Shown here piece by piece: positions 55,583-64,000 of a DNA stretch of 64,000 nt; within the stretch, counting starts at the first letter, position 1, and each line of letters starts with the position of its first letter. Made by a program: the position numbers and the translations under genes. The stretch spans positions 54,312,001 to 54,376,000 of the forward strand of contig NC_043012.1 in NCBI RefSeq assembly GCF_006345805.1, written 5' to 3'. This stretch comes from Octopus sinensis. Taxonomy: Eukaryota. The notes under the pieces were generated by a model that saw only the letters and a program-made list of their open reading frames with translations, was not told the DNA's origin and did not search any database.

Positions 55583-55937
55583 TCTATATATATAAAGCTG
55601 AAGTTGTCTGTGTGTGGTAAGTTTGGTAGCCTTCAACTAACACTATCTCCTCCCAGACCCTGCGGTGCAAGTTGACCAAAATTGGGAGTATGATAGAAGG
55701 CTTGCTCTTCATTCCGTAGAAGATAAAATTCAAATCGGACCGTGTTAAGACCAAAAATTATTTACATCAAAAAGGTGCTTTTTTTCTATGAAAATCCCTA
55801 TTTTTTACGATGTTTTGACTGCTGTGTCGCCATTTTTCGGTGTATTTCAACCAGAAAAATGTTCACTTAAAGAGAATTAACAAGCTACATAATGCAACAT
55901 TTTTACAAACCCGAGCAACGCCGGGCGATACTGCTAG
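55583..55937 (+). mobile_element. Non-autonomous Helitron
   Basis: A|TC start, subterminal hairpin cccgagcaacgccggg, CTAG|T end. Confidence 0.85.
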
Positions 55938-56028
55938 TTAATGTTAAAACTGCTTTAACAAAAGCTAGAGGAAGGCTCTTTAGCAGTTGATGGCAGCAGT
56001 ATTAAGGATCCCAAGATTGCACGTACTA

Positions 56029-56518
56029 CCGTAAATCCTCGAGTAAAGTCCGCCCTTGAGTATAATACGCAGGGGATTTTTAGGGGGCTGTACCTCTGAA
56101 AAACCTAAACCTTGTGTATAATACGCACCCCTTCTCTAACTTGAGTCAAAGAGGTCTATATAACGTCCTTGGTTTGTAAAAATGTATGCGCTAACGTCCT
56201 TTATTATTATTGTATATAACATAATGCAAACGTGTAGCTTTTTTGTGCATTTTGTTTGCAGAAAATAAAGAAATAACAGTAATAACGTTTAATAAGTGTT
56301 GCTTACTGCAAGTTATGGATGATCCTTTTATGACTTCATTGCTTTTAGGCTTAGCTTAAGGTATTTTCGCGCCCGACATTGCAAAATGCGTCTGAATAAA
56401 CATTGCCAGACATTGCTTAGGGAATAATTTTCATTTTTAACCTCGTATATAGTACGCACTAGGGATTTTGACCTTTAAATTTTGAGGAAAAAATGCGATT
56501 ATACTCGAGGATTTCCGG
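56029..56518. mobile_element. Tc1/mariner (pogo-like) MITE
   Basis: TIRs ccgtaaatcctcgagta / tactcgaggatttccgg with TA TSD. Confidence 0.85.
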
Positions 56519-57156
56519 TATTATGGCGCTCTACGACAATACCGGGAATACCTCAGTTGGCTGACGGACTGATGTGAATTCTGCATTGGCTTGTGTCAAG
56601 GTCACGTGTTGTTATTCACTTTTTTCAATAAAAGCTTCTTGCGATTGGCCATGAGATAACACAAGCCATACAAAAAATTGGCCGTCATTGAAGAATTTTT
56701 CATTGGTATATAAGATATGCTGACAACATAATCCTAATACCCACGGTCTTTATAATCTGAAAATATCCTCTAAACAGTTAAACGAATCATTTAGAAAGAA
56801 GGACACGAAAGTATAGGGTGCAACATGTAAGACCTTGTCACCTAACAAAGATATTGCCACAGTGGAGAATTTAAAGAGGAGTTTTTCACAGAGATTTGTC
56901 TTTCTTGGTTATATAAGACCAAATGTGTGACTATGTATGTGTGCGTATATATTCTTTCCATTGATGCAATGGCAGCCCATTGCAGGATTCCTCATCTTGA
57001 CCAGCTTCGTGTTTGGAGTAACATGAGATAAGGTGTTTGGTTTAAGGTCACAACGGATCGCCCTGTCAAAGAATCGAAACCACAATCTTACGATCATGAG
57101 ACCAGCACCTCTAGCCACTAAGCCACAATCTACACACACACACACACACAAACGCA

Positions 57157-57510
57157 TACATACATACATACATACATACATACATACATACATACATACA
57201 TACATACATACACACATGCACACACACATACATACATACATACATACATACATACACACACACATACATACATACATACATACATACATACACACACACA
57301 TACATACATACACACATACATACATACATACATACATACATACATACATACATACATACATACATACATACATACATACATACATACACACACATACATA
57401 CATACATACATACATACATACATACACACATACATACATACACACACACATACATACATACATACATACATACATACATACATACATACATACATACATA
57501 CATACATACA
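57157..57510. repeat. (CATA)n tract
   Basis: Direct inspection. Confidence 0.95.
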
Positions 57511-58119
57511 CATCCTCTAGATATTTACGAGTCTCTGGAACTGGCTTTGACTCAACAAAAGACACTTGCCATTTTATTAGTAACCGGTTTGAATTGGAAG
57601 CAGAACTCATGAACCTCGAAGAAAACATACATACATCATTTATACATACATATACATTCATGGTTACATACATACATCATACATATACATACATGCATAC
57701 ACACATACATACACAGACACATACGTAGAAGTACGTACACATAGACACACTCACACACACATACATACTGCATACATGCATGCATACATATATACAAACA
57801 TAAAAACATACGTACATACATACACAGACAGACACACATCCATACGTACACAATATATAGCCATATACATACATATGTTCACATGCATATAAATAAACAC
57901 ACACACAAACATACGCAAACACACATACAAACACACACACACACTCACACATACATAGAAGTACATACACATAGACACACTCACACGCACATAAATACGT
58001 GCATACATGCGTGCATGCATATATATACAAACATACGTACATACTTACATACACAGACACACACACATCCATACGTACACAATGTATAACCATATATATA
58101 CATACGTTCACATACATAT

Positions 58120-58304
58120 AAACATAGAGGAGACAAACAAGGACAGACAAGGGGATTAAGTCGATTACATCGACCCCAGTGATTAACCCGAAAGGATGAA
58201 AGGCAAAGTTGACCTCGGCGGAATTTGAACTCAGAACGTAACGGCAGACGAAATACCGCTAGGCATTTCATCCGGCGTGCTAACGTTTCTGCCAGCTCGC
58301 CGCC
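58120..58304 (-). mobile_element. SINE family B inserted in a microsatellite mosaic
   Basis: Homology to family B. Confidence 0.85.
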
Positions 58305-58330
58305 TTTATACATATATAATACAAACATAC

Positions 58331-58383
<53 letters not shown>

Positions 58384-58708
58384 AACATACGTACATACTT
58401 ACATACACAGACACACACACACATCCATACGTACACAATGTATAACCATATATATACATACATTCACATACATATAAATATACACACACACACACAAACA
58501 AACATGCAAACACACACACACGCGCATTACAAGCGATCAGAATTCAAAAGACATGCATTGTACGTATTGTGATGCCCGTCCAGATTTTTTGTCAGCCATG
58601 TATAAACACCCAGATATACAACATAGATAGATAAATGACATAGATTCTATATTGTAAACTATACGGAATTCAAAACAGACGATAGCGAGAAACAGACGAT
58701 AGCGCGAA

Positions 58709-58776
<68 letters not shown>

Positions 58777-59089
58777 AGAGAGAAAGTGAGAGAGGGGGAA
58801 GTGTTTCCCTTGAATAGCTTGTCTTTTCTTTTGTCCCTTTAATGATAGGAAATCCGAAATTCTCATGATGTGGTTGCAATTATTTATCATCAGTGCCATT
58901 ATTCTAAGGTTTGGGTATTTTGTTTTTTCTTCGGCATTGATAAAGCGAATACCATGGAGAATACTGTTTTTTTTGTTTTGTTTTTTTTGTTTTTTCCCAA
59001 TCAGTAGCCATTAACGGTTTCACATGTTTAATTAACGCATTCATTAAGTATTATTCTGATGCCGCTTTTATTGCCAGTATTCTTGTTGA

Positions 59090-59494
59090 CGTTGTCGTGT
59101 TGTCGTTGTTGTTGTTGTTGTTATTGTTCTTGTAGAGGTTTCTGCTGCTACTGCAGTTGTTGTTGTTGTTGTTGCTGCTGCTGCTGCTGCTGCTATTTTC
59201 GTTGGAGTTGTTATCATCGGTGTTGCTGCTATTTTCGTTGTTGATGTTGTTGCTGTTGTTGTTGTTGCTGTTGGTGTTGTTGCTGTTGTTGTTGCTGTTG
59301 TTGTTGCTTTAATATTATTTGTGTTACTTTCTCTGAAGCCATAGTTGGTGTTGCTGGACGACTGCTGCATTTGCTGCTGTTGTTGTTGTTGTTGTTGCTG
59401 CTGCTGCTGCTGCTACTGCTGCACTTGTTCTTGTAGCTACAATTAATGTTGATGTTGTTCTTATTGTTAATTGGGTTTCTGCTGCTGCTGCTGA

Positions 59495-59533
<39 letters not shown>
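59090..59533. repeat. (TTG/CTG)n compound tract
   Basis: Direct inspection. Confidence 0.95.
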
Positions 59534-59534
<1 letters not shown>

Positions 59535-60107
59535 AAGCAACAAGACGGGTAAGGGTGATTAGGTGATGGTCTAGGGATTAGGGACGGGAGACCCCAGACC
59601 TTGGGAAAAAAAACCTTGGTCGTCTTGTTGTAGTCGCGGGCTCTTCGTTGACGCCCGACACTACTGGGAGGTGGCCCTCGAAGTCGCTGGAAATGGAGAT
59701 CTCCAGATCCAAATTCTTGAACGGCTGCTGCTGATGATGATGATACTGCTGCTGATGATGATGATACTGCTGCTACAACTGCTGCTCCTGTTATTTTTGT
59801 TCTTGTGTTTGTTCTTGGTGTTATTATGTCGACTAACATCAACCCTCTAATATTATAGTCCTCTAATACACAGGGGATCAGACAGACAGCGTGGCTCAAC
59901 CCCCAGATCTAACCACGTTCCCATTTCACTGAAGACAATACTGCATCATCCAACATGTAGCGCAGGAATCATATGGAAAGTAACGTGACAATCTGGACAT
60001 GTTGCACTCTTCGACAATCTAATCTATTCTTGGATGTTCATAGATTCTGAAAATGGCTGCAGTAGAGTCAGGCAAGGCAGACTTGCAGAGCTTGCTGTTG
60101 CTGATGG

Positions 60108-60432
60108 TGAAAGCGCGTGGCTTAGTGAATAAGGGTATTCGGCTCACGATCGTTATGTCATGGGTTCGATCCTGGTGGTGTGCTGTTTCTTTGAGCAAGA
60201 CAATTTATTACATGCTTTGTTCCAGTTCACTCAGATGGCTAAAATCAGTAGTAACTGGAATTCGAAGAACCAGCCTTGTCTCATTTTGTATCACGCTGAA
60301 CCTCCCTGGGAACTGCATTAAGAGCACGCATGTCTGTGGAGTACTCAGCCACTTGCACGTTAATTTCACGAGCAAGCTGTTCCCTTGATCGGATCAACTG
60401 GAACTCTTGTCGTCGTAACTGACCAAGTGCCA
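60108..60432 (+). mobile_element. SINE family C
   Basis: Head gcgcgtggcttagtg..ggttcgatcc, ttgagcaagaca core. Related copies at 13625-13745, 20257-20470, 31635-31900, 52130-52335(-) and 56950-57127(-). Confidence 0.8.
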
Positions 60433-60594
60433 GATTTGCTGGCGAAGTACATTCCAGCACACTATCTGTAGCCAGTGAAACTATTAATGTTGCAGCTACT
60501 TCTATCAGTTATGTTCCTTCTACTTATCTGTGAGAGCTAAGAAGAGGATGCGATGTTTTTTATGATAACGATGCTGCAGCTCTAAGTTTTGTAT

Positions 60595-60754
60595 GTAGGA
60601 GTGGCTGTGTGGTATGTAGCTTGCTTACAAACCACATGGTTCCGGGTTCAGTCCCACTGCGTGGCACCTTGTGCAAATGTCTTCTACTAGAGCCTCGGGC
60701 CGACCAAAGCCTTGTGAGTGGATTTGGTAGACAGAAACTGAAAGAAGCCCGTCG

Positions 60755-60786
<32 letters not shown>

Positions 60787-60787
60787 G

Positions 60788-60818
<31 letters not shown>

Positions 60819-61073
60819 TGTGCGTGTGTGTGTGTGTGTGTGTATGTATGTGTGTGTATATATGTTTGTGTATCTATGTTTGTCACCCAACATCGCTTGA
60901 CAACCGATGGCGGTGTCTTTACGTCCCGGTAACTTAGCGGTTCGGCAAAAGAGACCGATAGAATAAGTACTAGGCTTACAAAGAATAAGTCTTGGGGTCG
61001 ATTTGCTCGACTAAAGGCGATGCTCCAGTATGGCCACAGTCAAATGACTGAAGCAAGTAAAAGAGTAAAAGAG
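60595..61073 (+). mobile_element. SINE family A
   Basis: Homology to family A. Confidence 0.9.
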
Positions 61074-61342
61074 TATCTAGATGCGTTGAAGTGGGTCTTT
61101 AGTTTCTAGATCTGTCTTATGCTTTTGGGGTATTTTATGAAAAGAAGGGGTCAAAATTGGGGGTCTGAGAAGAAGTTGTATATTTTATTTGTTTTAGTAA
61201 CCTTAGCTTATTTGTATTTCTTTTTGATGTCTGATTTCTGCAAAATATTTGGTGGAGGCGTTTGTCTGATATTGCAGTGTGGGTATATTATTTGTGGTTA
61301 TTTTTGCAACAAAACTCTGCTCTGATCGTTATTATTGCTGCT

Positions 61343-61396
<54 letters not shown>

Positions 61397-63676
61397 ACTG
61401 CTAATCACTCTATATAGTGTTTCACTGATAGTTTTATGGTTTATGGTCAATACAAACGTTTGCCAATTTTCTATTTTTCTAAGGTTTGTTTGCCTATCTA
61501 TTAATTTTTGCTATTTCCTTGTTTAGGTGTTTGATGTTGAATTGTGTTTCCGCTGTGTCTAGTTTTGGTGCATTCTGTTCAACGTTGTTCCTGATGTTTA
61601 TGAGGTTGGCAATTTCTTGTGTGTAATTTTGGCTGTGTCTTTTTTTTTTTTTTGTTTTTCATTTTTTCATGTTGCTTTCAACTATTTGTTTTTAGATATT
61701 TCTATAATTATGTTGTTGTTTGTACGCACTATAGTGTCTCGTATGTTTGGCGTTTGTGGTGTTGCTGAATTCTGTAAACCTTGATTTTGTTTCTAAATGA
61801 AACTAGTTCAATTGTACTTTTTGAAAGCTTGTTAAATGTTTTTTGCCGTTTTCGTTATTGTCTGAGGTTCTGATGATATTTGGTAGATGGTCAAAGGAAA
61901 GTTAGGAAAATGTTTGAGGTATGTGTGTGTTTTGTGTGAATTGTTTTGGATGTAAAAGGCGTCTGGTTGCGGTACTATTAAATTATACTTTTCAAGGGCT
62001 TTGGTGTGTTATAGTTGTAAGGTTTGTTTTTGAATAAAGTATTTACTTACATGCATACGTACATTATTCAATGATGGGTATGAACTTAAGGAGATGTGTC
62101 TGCTATTTCTAGATTAGACGATGACGTAGAGGTTCCCTCGTTGTTTCATATCAATAGTGTGGCATTGACAGCTGCTTGTTTGTTTGGGGGTGGAATTGGA
62201 GAGGTGCTGTAACATGGGAAAATGTCCTAAGGGTACCTTCTGCAAGAATACCATACAGTTAAGTGGGAGTCATGTTAATTAATGTAGTGAGCCAAAAGAT
62301 GTTTAAACAATTAAATTTATCTCCTGTAATGAAAATAATTTATTAGCAATAATGATTATTCTTGTCAATGAATACAAGGGAGGCAATTATGAAATCCAAA
62401 TTGATTCACAATCGAATAGCAGCATTCAGTTGTGAGTGAGTCTCAACTTGGCAGCTGTGGCGACAACTGTGGACATGTTCCGAACTTATTAGACCTCCTC
62501 AACAACACCTAGTCTTACTTGTAATTACCAGTTCTTAGAAAGGCTTGCTGTCCCTTGTGGGTTTGAAAAATACAAGGAGAACCCTCTCCTCCCCCACTGC
62601 TGTATATTCTTTATTAGAATCTCTTTCTGAAAATATATCTGATTTAGATACTTGATTATTTTCGGCTTTTTTTCTGTATTGTAGATGCTGTTGGGATGAA
62701 GTGATCCCTAAGTGATCCCTAAGTGATCCCTATTACCAACCACGTTCAAACCTACAACTAATAGATGGAGGACAACGCTAAATCTATCCCTATCTACCAG
62801 TTTAAATTCACAAGAAGTAAGTCATTATATAATTATTCAAAAAATTGCTTAAATTCACAAATTCACAATTATCATACAGTCTTTGCGGATAAACATTAGA
62901 CACATTTTGGGATTAACTGTAATATCTTTATAGCTAAAGCTGTGGTCTCAGTGGGTTTATAAACTTACTTTAGTGTAAGACACTAAATTTAATGACGAAC
63001 AAGTAACTTAGACAAAACGATTCGTAAAAACTGATAAAATCAAATTTTAAAAAATATCAGAAAAAAATTTTGCTTTTTATTACATTAAAACTGAAACTAA
63101 ATATATTAATAATCCGCATTGATAATCAAAAAATAAGATTTTTAATTTTAATTTGTGACATTTTGTTGTTGTTGTTTTGCTGCTGCTGTTTTTTTTTTGT
63201 TTGTTTGTTTGTTTGTTTTTGTCCACAAATTCATTAATGATATCCTGACAGACAATTTTATACAATTGCTCTGAATCGATATGCATCAATGAAAAAGTAA
63301 TTCAGCTTTTTCATCTTTCATTGTTGGCTTAGATCACTTTTGATAGCGCAGAAAATTTATTTTCCCCCGCTTCAGTTAGATACTAATAAGCATAGATGTT
63401 GTCATCTATATAAGTACAGAGAAATGTATACATTAAGGGAAAAAGCGAAAACGAGGTTTAAGTTCAAAATTAATTCCAATGTCTATACCAACTGCATTCA
63501 CTTTGAACTGAATCACTTCATCTCCAACGCTAGGTTCAGGATCTCAAGGATAGTGGAAAATCATGATCTAGTAGAGTCTATTAAAATTTTTTGTCATTCA
63601 TTTACATATTTTATGTTCAGTTCTGAGAAGCATTCATCTGTCTACTCAAGACGATACATATTTGATCAAAAGCATA

Positions 63677-64000
63677 GGCGTAGGAGTGGCTGTGTGATAA
63701 GTAGCTTGCTTACGAACCACATGGTTCCGGGTTCAGTCCCACTGCGTGGCACCTTGGGTAAGTGTCTTCTACTATAGCCTCGGGCCGACCAAAGCCTTGT
63801 GAGTGGATTTGGTAGACGGAAACTGAAAGAAGCCCGTCGTATATAAGTATATATATATATATATGTGTGTGTATGTTTGTGTATTGTGTTTATCCCCCCA
63901 ACATCGCTTGACAACCGATGCTGGTGTGTTTACGTCCCCGTGACTTAGCGGTTCGGCAAATGAGACCGATAGAATAAGTACTAGGCTTACAAAGAATAAG
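63677..64000 (+). mobile_element. SINE family A, cut off by the window end
   Basis: Homology to family A. Confidence 0.9.

Noticed and set aside
61440-62040. Strand-biased region, possible Penelope ORF relic (PQTPNIRDTIVR on minus strand)
   Set aside because: Too degenerate to assign by eye; needs a profile search.
63430-63560. Short minus-strand frame DPEPSVGDEVIQFKVNAVGID, vaguely like an MDR dehydrogenase
   Set aside because: Bounded by stops, no convincing splice sites, no other exons.

Overview
Eukaryotic, AT-rich, repeat-dense DNA with no convincing host gene. The tRNA-derived SINE families and the extreme microsatellite load suggest a coleoid cephalopod, probably Octopus (inference). 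Almost every ORF in the track is a microsatellite or SINE artefact. Recognisable coding relics are a restriction-like endonuclease (RLE) domain of an R4/NeSL-type LINE in a (TACA)n tract, Dong/R4-like LINE ends in a (TAA)n hotspot, a mariner relic and a Ty3/gypsy RT relic. Non-autonomous elements include MITEs, a Helitron and many SINEs. The most striking content is non-coding: several hammerhead ribozyme motifs of three kinds. (1) Two inverted copies of a non-circularly permuted (pseudoknotted) hammerhead at about 12.9 and 14.0 kb. (2) A ~343-bp tandem, retrozyme-like repeat carrying a type I hammerhead with a compensatory U3-A8 core (UUGACAA) at 35.5-36.2 kb and about 41 kb. (3) Penelope-type minimal hammerheads with long stem II in (TA)n-flanked fragments. 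All ribozyme calls come from manual pairing only and none has been tested.
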